Notes: generated by a model not told the origin, from the letters alone. A stretch of 64,000 nt of DNA from Mycobacteriales bacterium (GCA_036497565.1 DASXJE010000046.1:15929-79928); one strand, 5' to 3'. Counted from the first letter of the stretch, positions 21,129-31,809 are shown. Numbers and translations: made by a program.

Positions 21129-22198
21129 CCGCTCACCCTCTCGATGGTCGCCGAGCCAAGCACCACGTCGTCGTCGTAGAGCACCACCGCCTGTCCGGCG
21201 GCCACCCCGCGCTGCGGGTCGTCGAGGTGGACGACGAGCCGGGTGCCATCGGGATCGACGGTGGCGTGGGCGCGCGACACCTGACCGTGGGCGCGCAGCT
21301 GTGCCATCCCGCCGAAGGTCGGTCCCGGCGGGCGGCCGGCGGTCCACACCGGGTCCACACCCTCGACCTCGGTGACGGCCAGCCGGTCGGCCGTGCCGAC
21401 CGTGACGGTGTTGCCGACCGGTTCGATGCCGAGGACGTAGCGCGGCGCCCCGTCACTCGCCGGCCGGTCGAGGCGCAGCCCGCGACGTTGCCCCACGGTG
21501 TAGCCGAAGGCCCCGCTGTGCCCGCCGACCACCTCACCGGTCTCGGCATCCACGACATCACCGGGTCGTTCGCCCAGCCGCGACCGCAGGAAGCCCCGGG
21601 TGTCGCCGTCGGCGATGAAGCACACGTCGTGGCTGTCCGGCTTCTCGGCGACGGCCAGGCCCCGCTCGGCGGCCTCGACCCGCACCTGCGCCTTGGTCGA
21701 ATCGCCCAGCGGGAACATCGCGTGGGCCAACTGCTCCGGCCGGCACACGGCGAGCACGTAGGACTGGTCCTTGGCCGGGTCGACGCTGCGCCGCAGCACG
21801 CCGTCGCGCAGCCGGGCATGGTGGCCGGTGACGACGGCGTCGAAGCCCAGCGCGCGTGCCCGGTCCAGCACCGCGGCGAACTTGATCCGCTCGTTGCACC
21901 GCAGGCACGGGTTGGGGGTGCGTCCGGCGGCGTACTCGGCGACGAAGTCGTCGACGACGTCGGCGTGGAACCGCTCGGCGAGGTCCCATACGTAGAAGGG
22001 GATGCCGAGTACGTCGGCCGCGCGGCGGGCATCGCGCGCGTCCTCCAGCGTGCAGCATCCGCGGGCGCCGGTGCGCACCGAGGCCGGTGCGCGGGACAGC
22101 GCGAGGTGCACCCCCGTCACGTCATGGCCGGCGTCGACCGCGCGGGCGGCCGCGACCGCCGAGTCGACCCCGCCGGACATCGCGGCGAGAACCCTCAT
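21125..22198 (-). CDS. mnmA: tRNA 2-thiouridine(34) synthase MnmA, 357 aa
   Basis: ORF 21125..22198. PP-loop [11 protein letters not shown] and catalytic-Cys contexts ([15 protein letters not shown]). ATGA overlap with the desulfurase stop. Confidence 0.92.
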   Translation of the reverse strand: MRVLAAMSGGVDSAVAAARAVDAGHDVTGVHLALSRAPASVRTGARGCCTLEDARDARRAADVLGIPFYVWDLAERFHADVVDDFVAEYAAGRTPNPCLRCNERIKFAAVLDRARALGFDAVVTGHHARLRDGVLRRSVDPAKDQSYVLAVCRPEQLAHAMFPLGDSTKAQVRVEAAERGLAVAEKPDSHDVCFIADGDTRGFLRSRLGERPGDVVDAETGEVVGGHSGAFGYTVGQRRGLRLDRPASDGAPRYVLGIEPVGNTVTVGTADRLAVTEVEGVDPVWTAGRPPGPTFGGMAQLRAHGQVSRAHATVDPDGTRLVVHLDDPQRGVAAGQAVVLYDDDVVLGSATIERVSG

Positions 22199-23376
22199 CG
22201 GGCGGTCCCCGCGAGCCGGGCCCGCCGGGCCCGGTCGACGGCCGGCCCGATCGTCTCGACCGCCGCCGTCACATCGGGCCCGGTCGACGTGTGGCCGAGC
22301 GACATCCGCAACGACCCGCGGGCGAGTTCCTCACTCATGCCCATCGCGGCCAGCACGTGGCTCGGCCGGGAGACGCCGGCCGAGCAGGCCGAACCCGTGG
22401 AGCACTCGACACCCGCCGCGTCGAGGAGCATCAGCAGGGAGTCACCCTCACAACCGGGGAACGCCAGGTGCGCGATGCCGGGCAGCCGGGGCGCGTGCTC
22501 GGCGCTGACCACGACGTCGGGGACGGCGCGGCGTATGCCGTCGACCAGCCGGTCGCGCAGTTCGGCCATCCGCGCTGCGGCCGCCTCCCGCCCGACGGCC
22601 GCGTCGATCACCGCGGCCGCCAGACCCGCCACGCCGGCGGCGTCGAGGGTGCCCGACCGCACGTCGCGCTCCTGTCCCCCGCCGTGCAGCACCGGGACGA
22701 CGGTGGCGTCGCGGCGCAAGAGCAGCGCTCCGGACCCGACCGGCCCGCCGAGCTTGTGCCCGGTCAGGGTGAGTGCGTCGACACCGGTTGCCGCGAAGTC
22801 GACCGGCAGGACACCGGCCGCCTGGACGGCGTCGGTGTGGAACGGCACGCCGTGCGCGCGGGCGACCGCGGCGAGACCGGCGATCGGCGCGACGGTGCCG
22901 ACTTCGTTGTTGGCCCACATCACCGTGACCAGGGCGACGGTCCCGGCCTGCTCGGCGAGCGCCGCCTCGAGCGTCGACGGCGACAACAGCCCGTCGGCGT
23001 CGACCGGCAGCCACTCGATCTCGGCGTCCTCGTGCTCGGCCAGCCACAGCGCGGTGTCGAGGACGGCGTGGTGCTCGGTGGCCCCGACCAGCACCCGCCG
23101 GCGGCGGGGGTCCTCCGCGTGTCGGGCCCAGTACAGGCCCTTGACCGCCAGGTTGTCGCCCTCGGTACCGCCGGAGGTGAAGACCACGTCGATCGGTTGC
23201 GCGTGATAGGTCGCGGCGATCGCCTCCCGCGCCTCCTCGACCACCCGCCGGGCCGCCCGGCCGCCCGCGTGCAGGGACGAGGCGTTGCCGACATGACCGA
23301 ACTGCGCACTCGTCGCCGCTACGGCGGCCGGGCGCATCGGTGTGGTCGCGGCGTGATCGAGGTAGACCATCGCCAT
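22195..23376 (-). CDS. iscS: Cysteine desulfurase (NifS/IscS family), 393 aa
   Basis: ORF 22195..23376. Contains YLDHAATTP, the PLP-lysine context LTGHKLGGP and the active-site STGSACSAG. Confidence 0.9.
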   Translation of the reverse strand: MAMVYLDHAATTPMRPAAVAATSAQFGHVGNASSLHAGGRAARRVVEEAREAIAATYHAQPIDVVFTSGGTEGDNLAVKGLYWARHAEDPRRRRVLVGATEHHAVLDTALWLAEHEDAEIEWLPVDADGLLSPSTLEAALAEQAGTVALVTVMWANNEVGTVAPIAGLAAVARAHGVPFHTDAVQAAGVLPVDFAATGVDALTLTGHKLGGPVGSGALLLRRDATVVPVLHGGGQERDVRSGTLDAAGVAGLAAAVIDAAVGREAAAARMAELRDRLVDGIRRAVPDVVVSAEHAPRLPGIAHLAFPGCEGDSLLMLLDAAGVECSTGSACSAGVSRPSHVLAAMGMSEELARGSLRMSLGHTSTGPDVTAAVETIGPAVDRARRARLAGTAR

Positions 23377-23401
23377 CAGGATAACGGCGCGGCAGACACC
23401 C

Positions 23402-24805
23402 TCAGCCGGCCGTCACGCCGACCCCCCGCCGGACCGCGGCCCGGCCGGCGAGGGTCACGCCGGCCAGCGCGAAGACCGCCATCGACACGTCGATCGCCCC
23501 GACCGCCGTACGCAGGGAGAGTGCACCGTGTTCGGCGGCGGCGACCAGCACGCCGCCGAGCCCGATGCAGACCGCGCTGGTCATGACGTCGCAGATCTGC
23601 AGCGCGGCGGAGTTCTGCCCCCGCTCAGCCACCGGAGACATTTCGAGCAGCAGGATCGACAGGGACGGCATGACCAGTCCCATCCCGGTGCCGCCGACCA
23701 TCCAGGTCGGGTAGGCGATCCAACCCGGTAGGTGTGGCACGGTCAGCAGGGTCATGCCGAGTGCGGCGACCGCGACGAGGGCGAACCCCACCCGGATGAT
23801 CCGGTGCCGGGGGACATCGGGGCGGCGGCCCTGCCACCACGAGCCGGCCGACCAGCCGAGCGCTCCGAGCATGAGGGGCAGCCCGGCAGCGGTCGCGCCG
23901 TAGTGGTGCAGGTCGGTCAGGGTCAGCGGGACGTAGGAGTCGACCGCGAAGAACGAGCCCGCCACGATGCCACGGAACGCCACGACCGCCGGCAGGCCGC
24001 GCCGGACTCGCAGCGTGCCGGCCGGGAGGAGGACCCGCAGGGCCGGCGCGAGCAACAGCACCCCGGCGGCGAGCAGCGCGAGCGACCACCACCGCAGGTG
24101 CTGCCCGGCGTACTGCATGACCGCGATCCCGGCGGCGGCTAGCAGAGCGAACCGCCATCGACCCAGGCGGCCCGCGGCGGGGTCGCGGTGGTGCTCCGGC
24201 AATCCGCGCAGCGCCGAGCGGATCAAGGCGAGGCCGACCACGATGAACGGCGGGATCGTCAGGAAGACCAGCCGCCAGGTGAGGTGCTGGGTGAGCGCAC
24301 CGGACACGACGGGGCCGATCAGGGAGGGCAGCACCCACGCCGCCGACAGCGCGGCGAACATCCGCGGCCGCAATCGCTCGTCGTAGACCTCGGCGATCAC
24401 GACGTAGACCGCGACGATGACCAGACCGCTGCCCAGCCCCTGGACCGTGCGTCCGGCGACGAACACCGCCATCGTGGGAGCCAGTCCGGCGAGCAGCAGA
24501 CCGACGGTGAATATCGCCAGGCCGGCGAGCAGCGGCCGCCGGGGGCCGTCCCGGTCGGCCCACTCGCCGCCGGTCACGATGCCGACGACGTTGGCCACCA
24601 GGAACGCCGTGAACGGCCAGGCGTAGTAGGCCAGTCCGTGCAGCGCCGCGACCGCACGCGGCATCGCGGTCGCGACCGCCATCGCCTCGAACGCGACGAC
24701 CGTGATGACCAGCAGTAGGCCGATGGTGGCGGCGCGGTAGGGCTGTCGGACCAGTGCCGCGGCGGTCGGCGGCGTGCTGCCCCGGGGGGCACTGGTCGTC
24801 GTCAC
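23402..24805 (-). CDS. MFS transporter, 467 aa
   Basis: ORF 23402..24805, GTG start. About 12-14 predicted TM helices and an MFS loop motif GEWADRDGPRRPLL. Confidence 0.85.
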   Translation of the reverse strand: MTTTSAPRGSTPPTAAALVRQPYRAATIGLLLVITVVAFEAMAVATAMPRAVAALHGLAYYAWPFTAFLVANVVGIVTGGEWADRDGPRRPLLAGLAIFTVGLLLAGLAPTMAVFVAGRTVQGLGSGLVIVAVYVVIAEVYDERLRPRMFAALSAAWVLPSLIGPVVSGALTQHLTWRLVFLTIPPFIVVGLALIRSALRGLPEHHRDPAAGRLGRWRFALLAAAGIAVMQYAGQHLRWWSLALLAAGVLLLAPALRVLLPAGTLRVRRGLPAVVAFRGIVAGSFFAVDSYVPLTLTDLHHYGATAAGLPLMLGALGWSAGSWWQGRRPDVPRHRIIRVGFALVAVAALGMTLLTVPHLPGWIAYPTWMVGGTGMGLVMPSLSILLLEMSPVAERGQNSAALQICDVMTSAVCIGLGGVLVAAAEHGALSLRTAVGAIDVSMAVFALAGVTLAGRAAVRRGVGVTAG

Positions 24806-24875
24806 GGCTCCGACCGTACGGGGTCAGGACGACGGCCGGGTCCACCGTCGGGCCCGACGTGGTGGGCCGTAGGTC

Positions 24876-25835
24876 CTAGGACCGTCGCTTGGCGATCTCG
24901 TTGGTGAGCTGCGGCACGACGGCGAACAGGTCACCGACCACCCCGAAGTCGGCCAGTTCGAAGATCGGGGCCTCGGGGTCCTTGTTGATGGCGACGATCG
25001 TCTTCGAGGTCTGCATCCCGGCGCGGTGCTGGATCGCGCCGGAGATTCCGACCGCGACATAGAGCTGCGGCGACACGGTCACCCCGGTCTGACCGACCTG
25101 GTTCTGGTGCGGGTACCAGCCGGCATCGGTCGCGGCGCGCGACGCGCCGACCGCACCGCCCAGCAGGTCGGCGAGCTTCTCGACCAGGGCGAAGTTGTCC
25201 GCGCCGCCGACCCCGCGCCCGCCGGAGACCACGACGGAGGCCTCGGAGAGCTCCGGCCGGTCGCCGGCCTCCTCGATCTTGCGGTCGACGATGCGGGCCG
25301 ACCGGGCGGCGTCGGAGAGGGTCACCTCGACGGTCTGCTCGGTGGCCGGGCCCGCCTGCTGCTCGGCGGTGATGGCGTTGGGACGGACCGCGAAGATCGG
25401 CGTACCGGTGCTGACCCTCGCCCGGACGACGACCGACCCGCCGAAGATGGACTGGGTGGCGATCCCGTCGTCGGCGAGGTCCACGACGTCGGACAGGAAG
25501 CCGCTTGCCGTCCGGACGGCGAGCCGGCCGGCGATCTCCTTCCCCTCGCCGGTCGCCGCCACCAGCACGGCGGCGGGGTGCGCCGACTCGACCAGTCCGG
25601 CGAGGACGTCGACCTTCGGCACCACGAGGTAGGAGTCGACGTCGTCGGACTCGGCGACGTAGACCTTCTGCGCGCCGTAGGCCGCCAGTTCCTCGGCGCA
25701 GGCCGCGGCGGTGCCGGTGGGGCCGACCACGACGGCGGCCGGCTCACCGAGGCGACGGGCCGCGGTCAGCAGCTCCGACGTGACCTTCTTGGGCGCGCCG
25801 TCGCCGTGTTCGACCAGAACGAGAACCTCTGCCAT
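24876..25835 (-). CDS. etfA: Electron transfer flavoprotein alpha subunit, 319 aa
   Basis: ORF 24876..25835. FAD-binding C-terminus [19 protein letters not shown]. Confidence 0.92.
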   Translation of the reverse strand: MAEVLVLVEHGDGAPKKVTSELLTAARRLGEPAAVVVGPTGTAAACAEELAAYGAQKVYVAESDDVDSYLVVPKVDVLAGLVESAHPAAVLVAATGEGKEIAGRLAVRTASGFLSDVVDLADDGIATQSIFGGSVVVRARVSTGTPIFAVRPNAITAEQQAGPATEQTVEVTLSDAARSARIVDRKIEEAGDRPELSEASVVVSGGRGVGGADNFALVEKLADLLGGAVGASRAATDAGWYPHQNQVGQTGVTVSPQLYVAVGISGAIQHRAGMQTSKTIVAINKDPEAPIFELADFGVVGDLFAVVPQLTNEIAKRRS

Positions 25836-25846
25836 GACGCTGCCCC

Positions 25847-26626
25847 TCAGACAATCTTCTCGGCGACGAGGAAGTCGGCGAGCTTGACGCCGCCGTCGCC
25901 CTCGTCGGTCACGATCTGACCCTTCGCCCGCGGCGGGCGCGGCGCGAAGTCGACCACCTCGCTGGTCGCGCCGGCGGCGCCGACATGCGCGGCGTCCAGG
26001 CCGAGGTCGGCGAGAGTGAGCGTCGTCAGCTCCTTCTTCTTCGCCGCCATGATTCCCTTGAACGACGGGTAGCGCGGCTCGTTGATCTTCTCGATGACGC
26101 TGACGACGACGGGGAGGTCGGCCTCGACCACCTCGTAGCCGGCGTCCAGCTGGCGCTCGATCCGCACCGTCCCTGCGTCGATCTCGACACTGCGTGCGGC
26201 GGTGAGCTGCGGTACGCCGAGGCGTTCGGCGAGCATCGCACCCATCGCGCCGACCCGGGCGTCACTCGCCTCGGTGCCGGCGATGACGATGTCGAAGTCG
26301 AGCGTGCCGATCGCGGCGGCCAGCGCGGCCGACGTACCGACGGCGCACGATCCGCGCAGCGCGTCGTCACTGACGTGGACGGCCTTGTCGGCGCCCATCG
26401 CGAGCGCCTTGCGGATGGTCTCCGCGGCCCGCTCCGGGCCCATGCAGACCACCGTGACCTCGCCGCCGTGGGCCTCCTTGAGCTTGAGGGCCTCTTCGAC
26501 GCCGTGCTCGTCCATCTCGTTGAAGACCGCGTCCGCGGCGTCGCGATCGACCGTCTTGTCGTCGGCGCGCAGCTTCCGCTCGGACCAGGTGTCGGGGACC
26601 TGTTTGACCAGTACGACGATGTTCAT
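25847..26626 (-). CDS. etfB: Electron transfer flavoprotein beta subunit, 259 aa
   Basis: ORF 25847..26626. N-terminus MNIVVLVKQVPDTWSERKL. Confidence 0.92.
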   Translation of the reverse strand: MNIVVLVKQVPDTWSERKLRADDKTVDRDAADAVFNEMDEHGVEEALKLKEAHGGEVTVVCMGPERAAETIRKALAMGADKAVHVSDDALRGSCAVGTSAALAAAIGTLDFDIVIAGTEASDARVGAMGAMLAERLGVPQLTAARSVEIDAGTVRIERQLDAGYEVVEADLPVVVSVIEKINEPRYPSFKGIMAAKKKELTTLTLADLGLDAAHVGAAGATSEVVDFAPRPPRAKGQIVTDEGDGGVKLADFLVAEKIV

Positions 26627-26695
26627 CGGTCGATGGTAACGACCGGTGACCGCGGACCGGCCGGCGCTGCGGTGAGGATCGTCACCCGCCGGCCG

Positions 26696-27205
26696 CTACC
26701 GCCGCGTCACCAGGCCACGCAGGTAGGCGGCCTGACCGGCGTGCTGCAGATCGTCGGACAGCACGCTGACGAGGCGCACGGCCAGGGTCACCGGCGGGTC
26801 CCACCGGTCGTCGACGACCCGTTGGACGTCGGACAGCGCCAGATGCTCGAGGTAGTCGATGGTGTGCTCGTGGACCGCGTCGTAATACTCCGTGAGCAGC
26901 TCCGCGGATTCGATCCGGGTGGCCTCGACGTCGGCCGGGCCGTGCCCGTATCCGGTCGCAGACGCGTCGAGCGGGAGACCGAAGCGGTCGGCGAAGCCGC
27001 CCGATGTCCAGATCTGCTCGGACTTCGCCACCGCCGCGATGTGGTCGTCCTGGACGCGGGTCAGATGCCAGACCAGCCATGCGATGGAGTTGGCCTCCGG
27101 ATCGGGCCGGTAGTTGAGGTCGTCGCCCGACAGACCGTCCACAGACTCGTGGACCACCTCGCGAATCCGGCCGAACGCGTCGACGAGCAGAGGAAGCTGA
27201 GTCAT
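26696..27205 (-). CDS. DinB/DUF664-family (mycothiol-transferase-like) protein, 169 aa
   Basis: Residue 253 of ORF 26696..27961 starts MTQLPLLVDAFGRIREVV. Contains NSIAWLVWHLTRVQDDH and DDLQHAGQAAYLRG, the helical-bundle His motifs of the DinB superfamily. Confidence 0.78.
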   Translation of the reverse strand: MTQLPLLVDAFGRIREVVHESVDGLSGDDLNYRPDPEANSIAWLVWHLTRVQDDHIAAVAKSEQIWTSGGFADRFGLPLDASATGYGHGPADVEATRIESAELLTEYYDAVHEHTIDYLEHLALSDVQRVVDDRWDPPVTLAVRLVSVLSDDLQHAGQAAYLRGLVTRR

Positions 27206-27223
27206 GGCGACTAGCCTACGACC

Positions 27224-27964
27224 GTGCCGGAGACACTGACACTGACGGGCGAACGAACCCTGCCCGGGATCGCCGTCGAGAACTACTGGTTCCGCCGCCA
27301 CGAAGCGGCCTACGAGATGATCGCCCCGTGGTGCCGGGGAGCGGTCGTCCTCGAAGCGGGCTGCGGGGAGGGCTACGGCGCGGAGCGACTTGCCGACTCC
27401 GCCCACCGGGTGGTCGGTGTCGACTACGACGAGGCGGCCGTCGGCCACGTGGCAGCCAGCTACCCCCGGATCGACGCCGTGCGCGCCAACCTCGCCCGCC
27501 TTCCCCTGCGTCCGGGAGCGGCCGACGTCGTCGTCTCGCTGCAGGTGATCGAGCATTTGTGGGATCAGGCGGAGTTCCTCGCCGACGCGGTGCGGGTGCT
27601 CCGCCCGGCCGGGAGCCTGATCATCAGTACGCCGAACCGGCTGACCTTCTCCCCGGCGGGTGCGCCGGTCAACCCGTTCCACACCCGCGAGTTGGCGCCG
27701 GCCGAGCTCGCCGACCTGCTCGCCGGGGCCGGATGCACGGTGACCCGCCTGCTCGGCCTGCGGCACGGCCGGCGGCTCCGTCGCCTGGACCGCCGGCACG
27801 GCGGCTCGTTCACGGCCACCCAACTCGGCGGCCCGCCGGACACCTGGTCGGCGCGGCTCCGACACGACGTCGCCACCGTCCGGGCGGCCGATTTCGTCGT
27901 GACCGACCGCGACGTGGACTCCAGCCTCGACCTGATCGCCATCGCGGTGGCGACACCGCACTGA
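27224..27964 (+). CDS. Class I SAM-dependent methyltransferase, 246 aa
   Basis: ORF 27224..27964, GTG start. SAM motif I VLEAGCGEGYG. Sits next to etfBA, as I recall for the Rv3030-type methyltransferase in mycobacteria (recollection only). Confidence 0.8.
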   Translation: MPETLTLTGERTLPGIAVENYWFRRHEAAYEMIAPWCRGAVVLEAGCGEGYGAERLADSAHRVVGVDYDEAAVGHVAASYPRIDAVRANLARLPLRPGAADVVVSLQVIEHLWDQAEFLADAVRVLRPAGSLIISTPNRLTFSPAGAPVNPFHTRELAPAELADLLAGAGCTVTRLLGLRHGRRLRRLDRRHGGSFTATQLGGPPDTWSARLRHDVATVRAADFVVTDRDVDSSLDLIAIAVATPH

Positions 27965-27979
27965 CTGGGCCCGGACAGG

Positions 27980-28018
27980 CCGGCACCCCCGGCCATGCGC
28001 GCTGACCGGAGGTGCCGG
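27980..28018. terminator. 13-bp-stem hairpin between convergent genes
   Basis: CCGGCACCCCCGG (27980-27992) pairs with CCGGAGGTGCCGG (28006-28018) with one mismatch and a 13-nt loop. Lies between the methyltransferase stop (27964) and the epimerase stop (28066). Confidence 0.35.
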
Positions 28019-28065
28019 AGCGTGTGGTTCAGAGCGTGCTCAGAGCATGTACCCGGAGCGTGTGT

Positions 28066-29277
28066 TCAGACGGCCGAGAACCCGAACTTGGTGGTCGAGT
28101 CGAACACTTCGCCGGGCCGGAGAACCGTGCTCGGATACGTCGGCTCGTTCGGCGAGTCCGGGTAGTGCTGCGTCTCGAGCGTGAACCCGTCGCCCTGCCG
28201 GTAGGTCTTGTCGCTCGGGCCGACCAGCGTGCCGTTGAGGAAGTTGCTGGTGTAGAACTGCACGCCGGGCTGGTCGGTGTGGCAGGTGAGAACCCGCCCA
28301 CTGCCCGGGTCGAAGGCCCGCGCGCAGAGCGTCAGCCCGTGCCCGTGGCCCTTGTTGAGGACCCAGTTGTGGTCATATCCCTGGGCGAAGAGGATCTGTT
28401 CCACCGCGTCGTGGATTCCCGACCCGATCGTGCGCGGTTTGGTGAAGTCGAACGGCGTCCCGAATACCTTGTCGAGCGGCCCGAGCGGAATCGACGTCGC
28501 ATCGATCGGGGTGTAGCGGTCGGCATTGATCCGTACGACGTGGTCGTAGATCTCGCCGGTCCCCTCGCCGCGGAGATTGGAGTAGGCGTGATTGGTGAGG
28601 TTGAGAACTGTGGGCGCGTCGGTGGTCGCCGAGTAGTGGATGGTCAACTCGTTACGCGGGTTGACCGTGTAGGTGACGACCGTCGTGAGAGTTCCCGGGT
28701 AGCCCTCTTCCCCGTCCGGGCTGACATAGACGAACCTGACGCCGACGCTGTTTCCAGTCCAGACCTCGGTGGCGTTCCAGACCCGCTGGTCGAACCCGGT
28801 CGTGCCGCCGTGCAGCGAGTTGGGCGGATTGTTGATCGGCAGGTGGTAAGTGGTTCCGTCGAGGGTGAACGTGCCGTCCTTGATGCGGTTGCCGTAGCGG
28901 CCGATCGTCGCGCCGAAATACGGCCGGCCCGGCACGACTTCGTACTCCTCGAGAGTCTTGAAGCCGAGGACGACGTCGGCGCGCCTGCCCCTGCTGTCCG
29001 GCGCCCAGATCTTCTGGACGGTGGCGCCGAAGGTGATCATCTGCACCTCGAAGCCGCGCCCGTTGCCGAACGAGTAGCGGTCGACGTCTTCGTTGCCACC
29101 CGTCGTGCCGAAAGGCTCTTTCTTTATCCACAGGCCCTTGGCTTTACCGGCCGCCATTGCTGCAGACGAGCCTGCAGCGGACGCGGTGCCGCCTCCGATC
29201 ACCGATGCCGCAACGGTTCCCACACCCAACGCGGCGGCTCCCCGCAACACACTGCGACGGGCTACGTCTCCAGCCAT
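28066..29277 (-). CDS. galM: Aldose 1-epimerase (mutarotase) with Tat-type signal peptide, 403 aa
   Basis: Residue 217 of ORF 28066..29925 starts MAGDVARRSVLRGAAALGVGTVAASV (twin-arginine motif). Epimerase motifs GATIGRYGNRI, NSLHGG, NLTNHAYSNL and LETQHYPDSPN. SD GGGGAG upstream. Confidence 0.85.
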   Translation of the reverse strand: MAGDVARRSVLRGAAALGVGTVAASVIGGGTASAAGSSAAMAAGKAKGLWIKKEPFGTTGGNEDVDRYSFGNGRGFEVQMITFGATVQKIWAPDSRGRRADVVLGFKTLEEYEVVPGRPYFGATIGRYGNRIKDGTFTLDGTTYHLPINNPPNSLHGGTTGFDQRVWNATEVWTGNSVGVRFVYVSPDGEEGYPGTLTTVVTYTVNPRNELTIHYSATTDAPTVLNLTNHAYSNLRGEGTGEIYDHVVRINADRYTPIDATSIPLGPLDKVFGTPFDFTKPRTIGSGIHDAVEQILFAQGYDHNWVLNKGHGHGLTLCARAFDPGSGRVLTCHTDQPGVQFYTSNFLNGTLVGPSDKTYRQGDGFTLETQHYPDSPNEPTYPSTVLRPGEVFDSTTKFGFSAV

Positions 29278-29477
29278 GTCCCACTCCCCAGGCTCGTTCC
29301 GAACCGACCAATGACAAAGGCTTAGACCCTTATGCGGAGCTGTGCAACACCCTGGACAAGGTAGCCCCGCGTCTGCGCGAAGACCAGCACCAGAAGATAG
29401 CGACGAATTCATCCGACGAATTTCGGCGCGCTGTGAGCGGCATTTTCCGGCCGTCGAGAGTAGCCGCGATGAACGCG

Positions 29478-30623
29478 TCAATGCGGGAGCGAAGGCCAAC
29501 TCCCGGTGGCCCGGAAGCTGTCGAGCGCCTCGGCGTACGGCGCGATGTCGATGCCCTGTTCGGCGAGCCAGGCATCGGAGTAGTAGGTGTGGGCGTAACG
29601 CTCGCCGCCGTCGCAGATCAAGGTGACGATGCTGCCCGTGCGACCGGCGGCGCGCATCTCGCCGACCAGCCGCAACGCGCCCCACAGGTTGGTTCCGGTC
29701 GAGCCGCCGGCGTGGGCACCGGTCACCGCGGCGAGGTGCCGCATCGCCGCGAACGACGCGGCGTCGGGCACGTGGACCATCCGGTCGAGTACCTGGCCGA
29801 CGAAGCTGGATTCGATCCGCGGCCGGCCGATCCCCTCGATCCGCGAGCTGCCCACCACGGTCCAGCCGGCGTCGTCGTGCGACCAGCCGTCGAAGAACGC
29901 CGAGTGCTCGGGATCGACCACGCACAGCCTGCTGGCATACCGGCGGTAGCGCAGGTAACGGCCGATCGTGGCGCTGGTGCCCCCGGTGCCGGCGCCCACG
30001 ACGATCCAGTCCGGGATCGGATGTCGCTCCGCGGCCATCTGCTCGTAGATGGATTCGGCGATGTTGTTGTTGCCCCGCCAGTCGGTGGCTCGTTCGGCGA
30101 AGGTGAACTGGTCCATGAAATGCCCGCCGGTCTCGGCGGCGAGCCGCCGCGACTCGGCGTAGACCGTCGTCGGATCGTCGACCAGATGGCAGCGCCCGCC
30201 ACGGAACTCGATCAGGTCGATCTTCTCGCGGCTGGTGCCGGCCGGCATGACCGCGATGAACGGCAGGCCGAGCATTCCGGCGAAGTACGCCTCGGACACC
30301 GCGGTCGAACCGCTCGAGGCCTCGACGACGGTGCTCCCCTCGCCGATCCAGCCGTTACACAGCGAGTACAGGAACAAGGAGCGGGCCAGCCGGTGCTTGA
30401 GGCTGCCGGTCGGGTGGGTGGACTCGTCCTTGAGGTAGAGGTCGATCCCCCACTCGGTGGGCAGCGGGAAGACGACGAGGTGTGTGTCCGCCGACCGGTT
30501 GGCGTCGGCCTCGACCTTGGCGATCGCGTCATTCGCCCAATCCCGGTCACCGTGGCCGAACCGGTCGAGGATGACCTCGACCTCGGTCCGATCGGTGCCG
30601 CGCGCGGGCCGGCGGACGGTCAC
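29478..30623 (-). CDS. PLP-dependent cysteine synthase family protein (CysK2-like), 381 aa
   Basis: ORF 29478..30623. PLP-lysine context [12 protein letters not shown] and glycine loop [14 protein letters not shown]. The exact reaction cannot be told from sequence. Confidence 0.82.
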   Translation of the reverse strand: MTVRRPARGTDRTEVEVILDRFGHGDRDWANDAIAKVEADANRSADTHLVVFPLPTEWGIDLYLKDESTHPTGSLKHRLARSLFLYSLCNGWIGEGSTVVEASSGSTAVSEAYFAGMLGLPFIAVMPAGTSREKIDLIEFRGGRCHLVDDPTTVYAESRRLAAETGGHFMDQFTFAERATDWRGNNNIAESIYEQMAAERHPIPDWIVVGAGTGGTSATIGRYLRYRRYASRLCVVDPEHSAFFDGWSHDDAGWTVVGSSRIEGIGRPRIESSFVGQVLDRMVHVPDAASFAAMRHLAAVTGAHAGGSTGTNLWGALRLVGEMRAAGRTGSIVTLICDGGERYAHTYYSDAWLAEQGIDIAPYAEALDSFRATGSWPSLPH

Positions 30624-30633
30624 GTCGCCGAGG

Positions 30634-31287
30634 CTATCGGCTGGCGGTCGCCCCGGGCGGCAGGTCGGGGGTATCGACCACCCGGCGTGGCCCGATCCGC
30701 TCTCTGGCAGGAGCCGGGATCCGGCTGCGCACCCGGCGCGCCGGCGCGCCCGCCGCGACGCTGTAGTCGGGCAGCGCCCCGCGCACCACGCTGTGGGCGG
30801 CGAGAACGCAGCCGCGACCGACCCGGCTGCCCCGCAGGATCGTGACCCGGGTGCCGATCCACACGTCCGGGCCGATCCGGACCGGTGACTTCACGATGCC
30901 CTGGTCCTTGATGGGGACCGTGAGGTCGCTGAACCGGTGGTCGAAGTCGCAGACGTAGACGTAGTCGGCCACGAGCGTCGCCGCACCGACCTCGAGATCG
31001 AGATAGCAGTTCAGCGTGTCGTCCTGGCCGAAGACGCATTTCTCGCCGATCCGCAATGTGCCCTCATGGCAACGGATTGAGGTCCCGTCGCCGACGTGCA
31101 CCCACCGACCGAGAACGAGCCGACCGTGGCCACGTCGGGCGTAGATGTCGACGCGCTTACCGAGGAAGACCATTCCCTCGGTGACGACGTGCGGCTGGCG
31201 GACCTTCAGCCAGAAGAACCGCCAGTAGCGGATGAGGTACCAGCCGGTCCACGCCCGGTGCCGGACCACCCACCGCAATGACGCCAA
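30634..31287 (-). CDS. Left-handed beta-helix (hexapeptide-repeat) acyltransferase, 217 aa
   Basis: ORF 30634..31287, TTG start with no upstream alternative in frame. Hexapeptide repeats [31 protein letters not shown]. Confidence 0.75.
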   Translation of the reverse strand: MASLRWVVRHRAWTGWYLIRYWRFFWLKVRQPHVVTEGMVFLGKRVDIYARRGHGRLVLGRWVHVGDGTSIRCHEGTLRIGEKCVFGQDDTLNCYLDLEVGAATLVADYVYVCDFDHRFSDLTVPIKDQGIVKSPVRIGPDVWIGTRVTILRGSRVGRGCVLAAHSVVRGALPDYSVAAGAPARRVRSRIPAPARERIGPRRVVDTPDLPPGATASR

Positions 31288-31413
31288 GGTGAAAATGCGC
31301 GCCTGCCGTGGATCGGACCGGGTGCCGAACCGACCGAAAGACGAACCCGCCGGGTCGCGACCGTAGTCGCGGCCCGACGGGCCGGTGCTGCTGAGCGTGA
31401 AGTCCGCCCTCGC

Positions 31414-31617
31414 TCAGGCGCCGCGGACGTTCTCCGCCTGCGGGCCCTTCTGGCCCTGCGTGACGTCGAACTCGACCCGCTGCCCCTCGTCGAGGCTGCG
31501 GTAGCCGTCGGCTGCGATCGCGGAGTAGTGCACGAAGACGTCAGCGCCGCCCCCGTCAACCGCGATGAAACCGAAACCCTTTTCGGCGTTGAACCACTTG
31601 ACCGTGCCTTGTGCCAT
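31414..31617 (-). CDS. cspA: Cold-shock protein (CspA family), 67 aa
   Basis: Residue 59 of ORF 31414..31791 starts [34 protein letters not shown] (RNP1 and RNP2 motifs). Confidence 0.95.
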   Translation of the reverse strand: MAQGTVKWFNAEKGFGFIAVDGGGADVFVHYSAIAADGYRSLDEGQRVEFDVTQGQKGPQAENVRGA

Positions 31618-31809
31618 GCCGTGCTCTCCCCTGGGGATGATGCGCCGCCCGCACCTCGCGGACGTCGAGTCGCTGCGGTGCCCGCCCGTAGTGGCGGTCA
31701 ATCCCGCGCCGCAGTCCCGCAGCGTGATCACACGATTGTGGAACGTCGAACGACTACCGCGGACGTTAGCACGTCCTAGCCCAATAGGCACCTTTCTGGG
31801 CGCGTCGGA
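31618..31809 (-). promoter_or_regulatory. cspA upstream region (promoter plus probably long 5' UTR)
   Basis: 192-bp non-coding, visibly lower-GC region upstream of cspA. Contains small palindromes on the minus strand (GGACGTGCTAACGTCC, GTGATCAC). Long structured leaders are typical of csp genes. TSS not determined. Confidence 0.3.

Noticed and set aside
24872-24883. Perfect 12-bp palindrome GGTCCTAGGACC spanning the etfA stop codon.
   Set aside because: It has no loop, so it cannot form a terminator hairpin. It is short enough to occur by chance and lies in a 70-bp gap within a probable operon context. Noted only because CTAG-containing palindromes recur at 51283, 51366 and 62.7 kb.
28016-28070. 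Direct repeat GGAGCGTGTGGTTCAGA / GGAGCGTGTGTTCAGA, plus TCAGAGC-GTGC-TCAGAGC, just after the aldose epimerase stop.
   Set aside because: These are short, imperfect and local. They most simply reflect a small duplication of the gene's 3' end. No structure or coding potential was evident.
29330-29626. Small ORFs in the lower-GC gap upstream of galM (29330..29575 -, 29342..29626 +).
   Set aside because: They overlap the 3' end of the CysK-like gene out of frame, lack SD sequences, and have a poor third-position GC pattern.
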